The notes beneath the pieces were generated by a model. The model did no database searches and was not told the DNA's origin. It was given only the letters and a program-made list of their open reading frames with translations. A stretch of DNA of 64,000 nt from Candidatus Latescibacterota bacterium (GTDB taxonomy: Bacteria; Latescibacterota; UBA2968): contig OZ242195.1 of the NCBI GenBank assembly GCA_965205975.1, positions 3,488,001 to 3,552,000 on the forward strand. The letters are read 5' to 3'. Each line of letters opens with the position of its first letter. The first letter of the stretch is position 1. Below, piece by piece: positions 38,530-48,370 of the stretch. The position numbers and the translations under genes are program-made.

Positions 38530-40650
38530 CTACCTGACCACGACAAAGCGTTCGATGTGCTTGGCACCAGTTGCCGTATCTTCGATGTGAGCAAAGTAAA
38601 TCCCGCTCACCAGGAACTGGTTATTATCCGAAGTCATCAGATCCCACGACTCGTCGCCAGAGCCAGAAGTGTGGTCAATGCGGGTCACGAGATCACCGGT
38701 AATGGTAAAAATGTGGATAACCGCCTGCCCAGGCAAATTCACAAACTGCAGCTTATTGGGCTGTCCCTGATAGTTAAAACCCCCATCGTTGAGTTGCCCG
38801 CCCTGCACCTGATAGGGATTGGGCACAATGCGAACCTGCGTAATATCACTGGCAGGACCGCGGAAGGGACTCACGCCCTCTGCTTCGGTGCGCGTGGCAA
38901 ACCGGCTGCTCTCCAGACCATTGGCATCAACGGCTGTCACGGAATAATAATACCTCGTGCCGCGAAGAGCCGTCTCATCGTTAAACGTAGTACCTGTCGG
39001 CGATCCGATCAGCTCGGGCACTTCTGTATGGCGGCCCGCGTAGCGGTACACATTGTAATGAGCCGCACCAGAAACCGCATCCCAACTCAACTCGTTGAGA
39101 TCGGGACCAGAGGTCACCGTCACTGAAGCGGGCCAATTGGGCGTAGCGGGCAACCGGGGCATCGTGCCCGTGCGATTTGCCCATGCCTCGCGTGCAACTG
39201 CCACGGTCGCCTTCAGCGAATCCAGACCACTGTCGAGAAAAGCTTCTTTTTCCATAAAACCAATCGTGCCATCTGCCCAGGCCTTGCCCACGCGTTTGTT
39301 TTCCGCTTCAGACGGACCGGCGACAATCACGGCTGACACAATGTGAATGCTCTGCCCCTGCTTTAAGTCCCAGGGACCAAAGGTCGTGACCCACTGATAG
39401 ATCTGCTCTGTGGTTACATACCCTGGCCTGTCGGGATCGGAAATCGCAATGCGGTCGTCGCGGCGGATCGAGTTCGGCTGCACATAAAAGTCATACACCG
39501 TCTTGCGGTCTGCTGTGCGCGTACTCGTCCACACTTCACCCGGCACCCAGCGCACATGGCGCGGCTGTGCATTTTCGGGATTGGAATTGTCATCCAGCCA
39601 GTTCTCGCCCAACACATTGGGATCATTGGTAGGCGTCTTATCCACATGCAAAAACACGCGCCCCTTGTAGTGCGATTCCATAAATTCGCCCGAACTGATA
39701 TTGGCATCGCGCACCCCATCGAGCAAATCGCCAACTGCTGGCGCGGGTTCGCCGCGATCATCGCCATCGGGGCGATACCCCAGCTTATCGCTGTCATCGC
39801 CGTCGTGGATGTAGAGTAGCTTTTCATCATCATCCCAGTAATTCACCTCATCCCATATACCGCCAGCGAGCAGGCCAGCATCGTAAGCGCGGCCCCCATC
39901 TTCGGGATTAATCGTGATATGCGCGCCACCTGCAGGACCTGAACCACCGCGCTGCAAATAGTAGTTCAACCCAACGTGGAAATTGTCATAAGACGGGTTT
40001 TTCTGCGCCGTTTCCGGGCTTGCAGCAATGCCGCGTTCGCCCGCGCGCAGATCAACCACATGCGGATTTTCCGGATATGTAATCGTGGTAACTTCAAAGA
40101 TCATATCGTCGGCATCGTGGTTTGCCCAGGAATACGTCTCACGCACAATGCGCAAGCCCTCAGAGTTTACAATGGTGCTACTGATCATAAAATCAGCACC
40201 CAAATCTGACCGCACGGCATCGTCGTCTTCGGGGAACAAACGCCAATTCGTACGCAATATCTCTTTGCCATCCTGAGTCAACGTTGGTGGATTAATGCGG
40301 AAGAACTTCGGATTGGGTCTGTTCAGTCGCGTCTGTGTGCCCCCCAACCTCGAAGACGAAAAATCGGCGAGGTCATCGAGCAGGTCATTGCACCAGGGAC
40401 TTTGCGTGGTATTCACCAGATGTTGCCCGCCTTCGTAATAGCTGGGCACATTAAACGACGAATATAGCCCCACTACCGCAAAACCCGGATTGCCAATGCG
40501 ATACCCGATATCCGGATCGGTATCGCCTGTTTCGAGACCGCCGGGCCAAATCAGACGCCCCGAGCTCCACAGCGTACCGATCTCGTGCCCCTGTGCATAA
40601 GCACTGCCAGCCATCAGTATCGCTATCAGCACAAATACAAAACGTTTCAT
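38530..40650 (-). CDS. Secreted protein with FN3-like domain and T9SS-like C-terminal sorting domain
   Basis: Signal peptide; YNVYR..YYYSVTAVD; VRIVPNPY..FVNLP..IHIFT..GDLV..WD..SGIYF. Confidence 0.75.
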   Translation of the reverse strand: MKRFVFVLIAILMAGSAYAQGHEIGTLWSSGRLIWPGGLETGDTDPDIGYRIGNPGFAVVGLYSSFNVPSYYEGGQHLVNTTQSPWCNDLLDDLADFSSSRLGGTQTRLNRPNPKFFRINPPTLTQDGKEILRTNWRLFPEDDDAVRSDLGADFMISSTIVNSEGLRIVRETYSWANHDADDMIFEVTTITYPENPHVVDLRAGERGIAASPETAQKNPSYDNFHVGLNYYLQRGGSGPAGGAHITINPEDGGRAYDAGLLAGGIWDEVNYWDDDEKLLYIHDGDDSDKLGYRPDGDDRGEPAPAVGDLLDGVRDANISSGEFMESHYKGRVFLHVDKTPTNDPNVLGENWLDDNSNPENAQPRHVRWVPGEVWTSTRTADRKTVYDFYVQPNSIRRDDRIAISDPDRPGYVTTEQIYQWVTTFGPWDLKQGQSIHIVSAVIVAGPSEAENKRVGKAWADGTIGFMEKEAFLDSGLDSLKATVAVAREAWANRTGTMPRLPATPNWPASVTVTSGPDLNELSWDAVSGAAHYNVYRYAGRHTEVPELIGSPTGTTFNDETALRGTRYYYSVTAVDANGLESSRFATRTEAEGVSPFRGPASDITQVRIVPNPYQVQGGQLNDGGFNYQGQPNKLQFVNLPGQAVIHIFTITGDLVTRIDHTSGSGDESWDLMTSDNNQFLVSGIYFAHIEDTATGAKHIERFVVVR

Positions 40651-40728
40651 AAGTTTATACTCCTGTAAATACGATTCAAAATCTGTCGCCCTCTCCCACT
40701 CACAGGAGAGGGCGAAAATGGACACACA

Positions 40729-43700
40729 TTAGAACGAGAATCGCAAACCAAATGTGATGTCTCGACGGTCCAGATAGACGATATAAGGACGGCGCGTTTC
40801 CTGGAAATTGTCCAGATCGACATCGGAACCCGGACGGCTACCTTCCTGAAGTTTGCCGTCGGCACCAACCGTCCAGCCAAGTCGCTCCATATACGCGTCG
40901 GCTTTGGCATCGTCATTTGTGCCTGGATAGTCCCAGACCTCGCCATCGTAGTCACGCAGATTGTTGAAGTTCTTGAAATTAAAAATATTGTGAATTTCCA
41001 AATACAACAGCGGTGCGCCCGTGGTATCAAAGGCTTTTGAAATCCGCAGATCTGCCATGTTGCTATCTGTCCACTGCACATTCAACACATTCTGCAGCGC
41101 AGCGTCATTGGTCGGATTGTGATTCATCCACCAACCGCCTTCTCGGCGATAGAACAAGTTGGCTTCCCAACCGCCCTTCAACATGCGCTGTTCGGCTCCG
41201 TAATCCAGCGGCGTTCGGAAGTTCAAACCCAACTTCCAGATTGGACGCGGCTTAAATTGTGGATTGGCGGCATTAGCACTGGCCTCAATAGTCAATCGGG
41301 AAGGCGTCGATACCGTGTTCTGATCGTAGATATTCTCCCACCCAATCCGCTTGCTGCGCTCCTGACGGTAATCATAAGAAATGAAACCCGTAAAGAACTG
41401 ACCGCGCGATTTCTTAAAAGCAAGCTCATAACCGCGCACATCCTTGATCCGTCCCTGGGTTGTCCACCGCGTACGCCTGCCAGTACTGTTTTCGGGATAA
41501 TAACTCGTGTTGGGTTCGAGTTCCTTGTCGATGTCCTTAAAATACACCGTGCCCGAAGCCAGATATGTACCTTCAAAACTTTTCTCAAAACCGAGCTCAT
41601 AAGCGATGGTCTGTGGCATTTCTACCCATGTGTTGCCAAAGTTCTCCAGCGGCTCACCCGCACCGGATTGCGCGCGGTAAAGTTCCACTGTCGTCGGCAC
41701 CTGATAGAAGTGACCGTAGTTAAAATAGAGCTTGGAAGTCGCAGTTGTTGGATGAGACACGCCAAACCGCGGACTCCACTCCCACTGGGTTGGCGCGCGA
41801 ACCGAGCGTCGATTTTCGTATAACAATTCGGCATTCGATCCCAGATATTCTGCATGCGGCTGTCCTACCAGATCAAACCACTTGTCCGGACGGTGAAAAT
41901 CCAGCCTCAGCCCCGCATTCACCACGATCTGGCGATACTCCATACGGTCTTGCACGAAGAAACCGCCATACCACGGCGTCTTCACCCAATAATTGTGCAA
42001 GTTGGCTGTTTGCGTCGCCACGATATCTGCCGGATTGTCGCTTTCCCAACCTTCGGGGCGGTCTGGCAACGTGGAGGTATAACCGCGATATTCACGCAGA
42101 AAGAATGTATGTGCCTGAATACCGGCTTTGACCTGGTGATGTGGCGTCATCTGACTGGTAATATCAAAAGTTATATCCGTCTCTTTGATATAAGACCAGT
42201 CCGCTGAACGGCTGGCACCACCGCCACCGCGCAAACGGTAAATACCCAGAATATCAACGCGGCGGTTGGCATAGTTCCAACCCACAGGCGCTTCATCCAG
42301 AATCACAGCACCTGCTGATTGCGCGGATGCAACGCCGGATTCGGTAATTTCTTCAACCCGACCATCGGGATAAACCGCTGCTGCGGGAATACCCACGGCT
42401 TGAGGTTTCTGCCATGTGGCTTCCCAATCCGTTCTGCCATACCGCGCAGTAAAATTGTAAAATGTCTTGGGCGACAATGTGTGCGACCAGTTCAGAGTAT
42501 AATAATTGCGGTCAATGGTCTCTTGATTGGCTTGAGACCCCGGCGCAAACATCTGAACATCGTCAAAACGGCGCGAAGCTTCCACCTGTGACCTGACAAA
42601 GGTTCCCGTAAAGTCGCCAGTTTTTGTACCATCTGCCCAACCGCGCAAATACCCCAGCGATAGTTTTGTCGTGGCTGTTGGCGTAAACGTCAATTTGGCC
42701 TGTGCCAGGTTGTCGCGATACGACGTTTTGGACAAATCGTACGTATATGCCGTGCGCTCGCGCTGATTGGTCACCATCACCGACAATTTATCCTTGATCA
42801 CCGGTGTGCCAATTGTCACATCGTAGAGATAATCGGATTCGCGATCAGCAGCATTGGCATTAAAACCATTATTCCCTTCCAATTCAAAATTGCGATGCTG
42901 CCATGCCCATATCCCTTTGGCCTGAGCAACCGTTGTTATCGGAAGATCGAAAATCCCCGCAGTCCATTCGCCTGCCGGACCGCCGCGATCATTGAACTCC
43001 TGCGTCCAGCCCTTAAAATCAGGTACACCATCGCCATTGCTATCTGCTGTGGGACCATCGCTCTCAAAGCGACCGATATCCCACCAGTTGTCCGAGCTAT
43101 ATACGTCGGGACCAAAGTGCTTGCGACCAGCGGGATTATAACGCGCATCGGCACTGATTGTAAACTGACGCGGCTCGCGGGTCACAATATTGACAACGCC
43201 ACTGCGCGCATCGCCATATTCAGCACTAAAGCCACCCGTCAAAATCTGAACTTCTGCCAGATTTGTTTTGCTAAAAGAAGAATACGGACGGTTATTGCGG
43301 TTGTCTTTCATACCCACACCGTCCATTGTGTACAACATCTCTTCTTCACTGGCACCGCGAATAGTCAAACCCCAGTCATCGCTATCCACACCTACCTGTG
43401 TGGCAAACGCATCGCGCAGACGAGGACCCGTTGGTGCTTCGCGGACTTCACTTGCCTTCATAATCGTCTGAGCGTAAGAAACTTCCAATTCAACCGGCGG
43501 ACGCTCAGCCACCACCGTAATCTCACTCAATTCGACGGTCGATTCTGTCAGAGAAAAATTCACAGGCGAGGTGCGATCAATACTCACCACCACATCCGTC
43601 TTACTCACCGTGTGATATCCCACAAGTGATGCCTGAACTTCGTACACGCCAGGCAAAACCTGAATAATGAAGTAATCGCCATTGACATCTGCTGTGGCGC

Positions 43701-43872
43701 CCATTCTGGTGCCAACAAGAACTACGTTAGCACCTGGTAAGGGATCACCCCCAGCATCTGTAATGCGACCCGAAACTTTACCCGTGGTGGTCTGTGCATC
43801 GGCCTGATACGCCAGCCCAAACCCCAGAGCAATAGCAAGCAAGGCTATAAACCCAGCTCTCAAACGGTACAT
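40729..43872 (-). CDS. TonB-dependent receptor with carboxypeptidase-regulatory-like N domain
   Basis: GKVSGRITD..PLPGANV, IRG, TGGFSAEYG.A.SGVVN, SPRFGVSHP, terminal F. Confidence 0.9.
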   Translation of the reverse strand: MYRLRAGFIALLAIALGFGLAYQADAQTTTGKVSGRITDAGGDPLPGANVVLVGTRMGATADVNGDYFIIQVLPGVYEVQASLVGYHTVSKTDVVVSIDRTSPVNFSLTESTVELSEITVVAERPPVELEVSYAQTIMKASEVREAPTGPRLRDAFATQVGVDSDDWGLTIRGASEEEMLYTMDGVGMKDNRNNRPYSSFSKTNLAEVQILTGGFSAEYGDARSGVVNIVTREPRQFTISADARYNPAGRKHFGPDVYSSDNWWDIGRFESDGPTADSNGDGVPDFKGWTQEFNDRGGPAGEWTAGIFDLPITTVAQAKGIWAWQHRNFELEGNNGFNANAADRESDYLYDVTIGTPVIKDKLSVMVTNQRERTAYTYDLSKTSYRDNLAQAKLTFTPTATTKLSLGYLRGWADGTKTGDFTGTFVRSQVEASRRFDDVQMFAPGSQANQETIDRNYYTLNWSHTLSPKTFYNFTARYGRTDWEATWQKPQAVGIPAAAVYPDGRVEEITESGVASAQSAGAVILDEAPVGWNYANRRVDILGIYRLRGGGGASRSADWSYIKETDITFDITSQMTPHHQVKAGIQAHTFFLREYRGYTSTLPDRPEGWESDNPADIVATQTANLHNYWVKTPWYGGFFVQDRMEYRQIVVNAGLRLDFHRPDKWFDLVGQPHAEYLGSNAELLYENRRSVRAPTQWEWSPRFGVSHPTTATSKLYFNYGHFYQVPTTVELYRAQSGAGEPLENFGNTWVEMPQTIAYELGFEKSFEGTYLASGTVYFKDIDKELEPNTSYYPENSTGRRTRWTTQGRIKDVRGYELAFKKSRGQFFTGFISYDYRQERSKRIGWENIYDQNTVSTPSRLTIEASANAANPQFKPRPIWKLGLNFRTPLDYGAEQRMLKGGWEANLFYRREGGWWMNHNPTNDAALQNVLNVQWTDSNMADLRISKAFDTTGAPLLYLEIHNIFNFKNFNNLRDYDGEVWDYPGTNDDAKADAYMERLGWTVGADGKLQEGSRPGSDVDLDNFQETRRPYIVYLDRRDITFGLRFSF

Positions 43873-44360
43873 AAACTCCTCCTTTGGTTTCTTTCCCAGG
43901 CATTGGGAAAGATAAGGAAAAAACCACCCGGCTCATTCCCAACGAAATTTCTCCATCTGAATGGAGCAATATCACCTGCAAAATATTATCTGCTCAGCCC
44001 TTAACATCACCTCCTTCTCAACCCCTCCCTGTGATTGCAAAAGCGGGCTTGAATGTCCCACCTCCTTTCGGTCTGCGATGTTAATTCTCAGTTTATCAAC
44101 TTGTGAATAATTTCCGATAATTCTTCTTCTGCCCAATTTAATATGCACCTCAAAATCTGTCAAGTATATACGCCAACTTACAGAATGTGTAAATACTATC
44201 TATAACATATTGTTTTAAAAAAACTTAAACTTGAATTATCGGAATTTCAAAAAATAACTTGCTAAAATCAAAAAAGTGAGCCAGCGCACAAACAAAAATG
44301 TCCCGCGATATTTGACATTTCGACCATTTCATCTGGTCAAATACCAAATGGATGTAAAAC

Positions 44361-44394
44361 AAAAAATAAAGCCCCGCGCTATACGGGGCTTTTT
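44361..44394. terminator. Bidirectional intrinsic terminator
   Basis: AAAGCCCCG...CGGGGCTTTTT flanked by A and T tracts. Confidence 0.7.
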
Positions 44395-44427
44395 GTTGAA
44401 TTGTGCCACCACTGAGCAGAAGAGATG

Positions 44428-47400
44428 TCAAGGTGCAATAAAAAATATCACCTCCTTGCTCACCTTCATGTCCGTATTCAAATCCGTTACCGTCACCTCC
44501 ATCTCATAGTGTCCCGCCTCTGACCCACTCACATCGATCTCCAGATAATTGTACTCTGTTTCCCGCGTACCCACCTGCTCGTAAGAAATTGTCACCTCTT
44601 TCTTCTCCTCAATACCCAACAATGTTCCGACCGCGCGCAAAATCGTCACAATCAGGGGTTTGCCTTTGCGTGGTGAAATTTTGTAATCCATCTGGTAGCG
44701 CGTCTGACCAAATTCATCGGATGTCAGCCCATAGACCTCGTAATAAATCGTCACGGGCTGTCCCGGCACATAGGTTTTGGATGGCATAGGCACCACCTTA
44801 TGCCCTCCTTTGACCTTCCCTCCAGCATCCTCCACTACCGATCCGGCCATCTCTATATCGCTCAATCCCAACTCACCACCCTCATAAGCCTCCACCTCCA
44901 CCTCGCGCGTATAAGCCCCCATCGCATTGTGAGCGCGATCATGCACTTCCACGCCCAAATAATATTTGCCTGGCGGCACATTGAGCGCCAACTCATCAAT
45001 CAATAGAGTTCCACTACCCACCTCAGCATCATCTGACACGGCAAAAGGCAACCCGGCGACCTTCCGAAAAACCGGTGTCCACGTACTGTCAAACAGAGCA
45101 ATACCCCGTTCAACACGACCTTCAGTTCGCCCCGAGTCAATCAGAGCAACCAAAGGCACACCGCAATAGACCTCTAACCGGCTGCGCGGATTCTCCCCGC
45201 GAAAATCTATCGCATCGAAGTGAAATGCTAAATCATCTGTTACGGCCCGATAAATTTCAGATTGTTGCCGCACCGCCCGCGCCATCACCCGATCGGGTCT
45301 TTTTGCCGTCCACTGGCTCTGATTAAAAGTTGACAGCACGCGACCCTGCGGCATATCGGGAAAATCGAACCCGCCGCGGGAATCCAACGCCGTAAACACG
45401 ACCTCAATACCCCCTGCCACATCGGGATAAATCCAGTACTCCCAATTCGAACCCCCATCAATGGGAAAAATGGGAAAACCCCGGATATTAGTCATACCCG
45501 CATCGCGATCGCGGTGCGAATCCTGAACATCGTCATAATAGTTTCCATCATTGCGATCGGCACCGCCGCCAAAAAACGTGCGATTGGGATTCAATTCGTA
45601 ATCAATAGACTCAAAATCTGAAACAATCAAATCTCCTGCATCCTCACCCTGATATTGCACATCCCGCGTCGATGTCCGCAACCTGCCCATCCGCGCGATA
45701 ATCTCCTTATGCGCCTCGGGCGTCAGCCCCATCCACAACCGCTCCTTAACCCGCACGACATCGGGATCCATCTCATAGCGCACATCGCCTGCGCGGCTCT
45801 TGTGGGCTGGTTCGCCATAGCGAATATAAATCTCCCCGCGCTTGTCCCACGGCTTTTGTCCAGACGAAAAATGCTGCATCGCATACAACACCCGACGATA
45901 GTGCTCCACCAGACGCTCATTGCTCGGCGTGGCCGGCGTGGGATCGCGGCGCTGCCAGAACATCCGAACAAAGTCCGGCTGCTGTTCGGGCGGCAATGCC
46001 TCGTAAGCAACGGTCTCTTCCAGCGTTGCCAATAGACGAATGTCTTGCAGCAGACCGCGCGTGTCGTCATCTACCGTACGCAAATACTCCGCCATCACCT
46101 TCTGCGCTTCTCCTGTCTGTCCCATCAGTTGATACACGCCCAATAGCAAGGGAAGACATTCCGCACGCAATTCAGGACGCGTATCCATCAACTCGCGCCA
46201 CACGCGCGTCGCCCTTGTGCGTTGTTCCCGCTTCAACCATATCCGCCCCAAATCGAACCGCGCCCGTGCGTGCATCGGATTCACCACAGTCTGTCGGGTA
46301 TAAGCTTTCTCGGCAGATTCGACCTTGCCCTCGCGTTCAAACACCCGCCCGAGCAAATACAGCAACTCGGGGTGATGCGGATACGCTTCAATCGCCTCTT
46401 TCAAGGCGTCTTCTGCCCGTTGTTTGCCCCCCAGCAAACGGGCAAGCGCACGGTTGGCCTGTGCGGTTTTCCAATTGGGGCGAAGAGCCAAAGCCTGATC
46501 ATAAGCCACCACGGCCTCATCCCACCGCCTGCGTCCAATATGGGATATCCCCACACCATTATATACTTCGGGCAACACCCCACCTGCGTTCAACGCCGAG
46601 TTAAACGTCTGTTCCGCAAAGGGTAAATTGCCGGCAAACAAATAGGCATATCCCTGCGCGGATCGTCCCATCAAATCGTTTCCATCTTCATCGAGAAGCG
46701 CCTCAAGCATCTCCAGAGCCGCCTGCGCCATTGCCGTATCCGGCAGCACCTGTCGGGCCGCATAGCGCGGATCGATATGCTTTGCCAGTTCTCTGCGCCT
46801 GCCCAGGGCTGTGATTATCGCCCCATCCAGGTCAGGAGGCACACCAAAACCGAGTAGCGGATTGTAATACGACCGCGCCACAATCGGATTGCGGTCCATC
46901 CAGAACCCGTAGAGAAACGCCGCGCGGTCTGCGCGCCCCAGACCAGTATAAGTGGCTTCAACCTCGGAACCCCCAAACCGCTTTAACAAATGCTGCGCTG
47001 TTTTTGCTCGCCGATCATCAAAACCCGAAGCCGGAACAAGCGTCTCACCCATCACCTCAAATTTTCGAGCCGATACGAGTGTATCCCGCCCCGCCGTTAC
47101 CTGAACCCGCAACGTATATGTCCCCGGTAGCAGTTCATGAGTGGGAATGCCCTCGGCGAATTTGACTTCACCCCGATACCCGGGAAATGACCGCTGATCG
47201 CGCCAGAGGCGATGCCCGTATCGGTCTTCTATCTGCATCTCGACCCGGTGGCTCTGATAGCCCAGATAATACACCTCAAAATACAGATAGAGCGTATTCC
47301 CCCGCCGATATTGCCGCGCCGGGTTGGGCAGGATCAAGCGCCCGTCTTTTCGGAACATCTCAAGGCTCTCTCCAGCCCCCTGTGGATTAAATCCGGAAGA

Positions 47401-47892
47401 CAAATACAGATCGCTCATGCCTATTTTTCCGGGATCGTAAGCGGGCACACCGAGAGAAAATACCGCCAATCCCGCCCGGTCGGCCTGCAAGTCACTCAAA
47501 GTCAGTTCCCCGCGATAGCGACCTGTGGGCAAGCGCACCTGCACCATATCATATACCATGCGGTCTGTATCGACAGTGGCTTCCAGCGACTCGGCGGTCA
47601 GCCTGCTTTCCGCCTCCACCTGTTGCACAACCTCTCCGGCATCGTTTAAGACCCGTAGCGAAGGCTTGTACCGCGCGAGATAAATCCCCGAATCTTGCCT
47701 CAAAAATGCAAATTGCGCCACCGGAAACCTCAATATCACTTCCTCGAATCCCTCGCGGCCCCGATATCGAAAACTGCACACATCGATCTCGAAAGCTATG
47801 GACCCTTCCCCGCGCGGTGGCAGGTCCATCTCGCTGGCGTGCAGTTCAAAAGCTGCGACCATCAAACTCAAAAATATTATTGCGATACGCAT
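44428..47892 (-). CDS. Exported GWxTD-domain + TPR protein
   Basis: Start set at MRIAII (signal peptide); TPRs; FWQRRDPTP.TP.NE...EHYRRV..WDKRGEIYIRYGEP. Confidence 0.8.
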   Translation of the reverse strand: MRIAIIFLSLMVAAFELHASEMDLPPRGEGSIAFEIDVCSFRYRGREGFEEVILRFPVAQFAFLRQDSGIYLARYKPSLRVLNDAGEVVQQVEAESRLTAESLEATVDTDRMVYDMVQVRLPTGRYRGELTLSDLQADRAGLAVFSLGVPAYDPGKIGMSDLYLSSGFNPQGAGESLEMFRKDGRLILPNPARQYRRGNTLYLYFEVYYLGYQSHRVEMQIEDRYGHRLWRDQRSFPGYRGEVKFAEGIPTHELLPGTYTLRVQVTAGRDTLVSARKFEVMGETLVPASGFDDRRAKTAQHLLKRFGGSEVEATYTGLGRADRAAFLYGFWMDRNPIVARSYYNPLLGFGVPPDLDGAIITALGRRRELAKHIDPRYAARQVLPDTAMAQAALEMLEALLDEDGNDLMGRSAQGYAYLFAGNLPFAEQTFNSALNAGGVLPEVYNGVGISHIGRRRWDEAVVAYDQALALRPNWKTAQANRALARLLGGKQRAEDALKEAIEAYPHHPELLYLLGRVFEREGKVESAEKAYTRQTVVNPMHARARFDLGRIWLKREQRTRATRVWRELMDTRPELRAECLPLLLGVYQLMGQTGEAQKVMAEYLRTVDDDTRGLLQDIRLLATLEETVAYEALPPEQQPDFVRMFWQRRDPTPATPSNERLVEHYRRVLYAMQHFSSGQKPWDKRGEIYIRYGEPAHKSRAGDVRYEMDPDVVRVKERLWMGLTPEAHKEIIARMGRLRTSTRDVQYQGEDAGDLIVSDFESIDYELNPNRTFFGGGADRNDGNYYDDVQDSHRDRDAGMTNIRGFPIFPIDGGSNWEYWIYPDVAGGIEVVFTALDSRGGFDFPDMPQGRVLSTFNQSQWTAKRPDRVMARAVRQQSEIYRAVTDDLAFHFDAIDFRGENPRSRLEVYCGVPLVALIDSGRTEGRVERGIALFDSTWTPVFRKVAGLPFAVSDDAEVGSGTLLIDELALNVPPGKYYLGVEVHDRAHNAMGAYTREVEVEAYEGGELGLSDIEMAGSVVEDAGGKVKGGHKVVPMPSKTYVPGQPVTIYYEVYGLTSDEFGQTRYQMDYKISPRKGKPLIVTILRAVGTLLGIEEKKEVTISYEQVGTRETEYNYLEIDVSGSEAGHYEMEVTVTDLNTDMKVSKEVIFFIAP

Positions 47893-48011
47893 AGTTATTT
47901 CCTCTAAAAAAAACAGTCCAATACGGTTTCTATCTCTACAGAAACGCCTCCGGAAAGATATAGGTCCCAAAAATTTACTTCTAACTGATGATCTGCACAA
48001 TATCATGGGTC

Positions 48012-48131
48012 TGTCATTTTGAGCCTTTCGGCTTCGCTCAAGATAAACTCCGCGCAGTGGAGTCGAAAAATCTACTACCAGCACAGGTGGAACAGATGCT
48101 TCGGCTCCGTTACACTCCGCTCAGCATGACA
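48012..48131. mobile_element. Solo MITE/REP-like element of the same family as 33271-33384
   Basis: TGTCATTTTGAGC...CAGGTGGAACAGATGCTTCGGCT...GCTCAGCATGACA with terminal inverted arms. Confidence 0.7.
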
Positions 48132-48370
48132 AACACCCAGACTTGCGTAACGTCAGTAATATAAACAACAATGTCCTGCGGCGTTCGGTGTTTATGAATC
48201 TAAGCCCCGTATAAGCGTGTAATACACTTAAGGCCATGTATAATTTTTCTTGTCATAGACCACAATTTTCGTTATTTATTGTATACCTTGATTCATAATC
48301 AGTATAACTGTAAATAATTGTAAATAAATGTGAATAAATGTAACTGTAATCGCAAAAAAAGGAGCCTCCC

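Noticed and set aside
43880..44200. Cobalamin or TPP riboswitch upstream of the TonB receptor
   Set aside because: Could not find the conserved B12-box or TPP core motifs by eye.
47893..48084. N-terminal extension of the 1218-aa GWxTD ORF
   Set aside because: Runs through the MITE-like repeat; a signal peptide begins at 47892.
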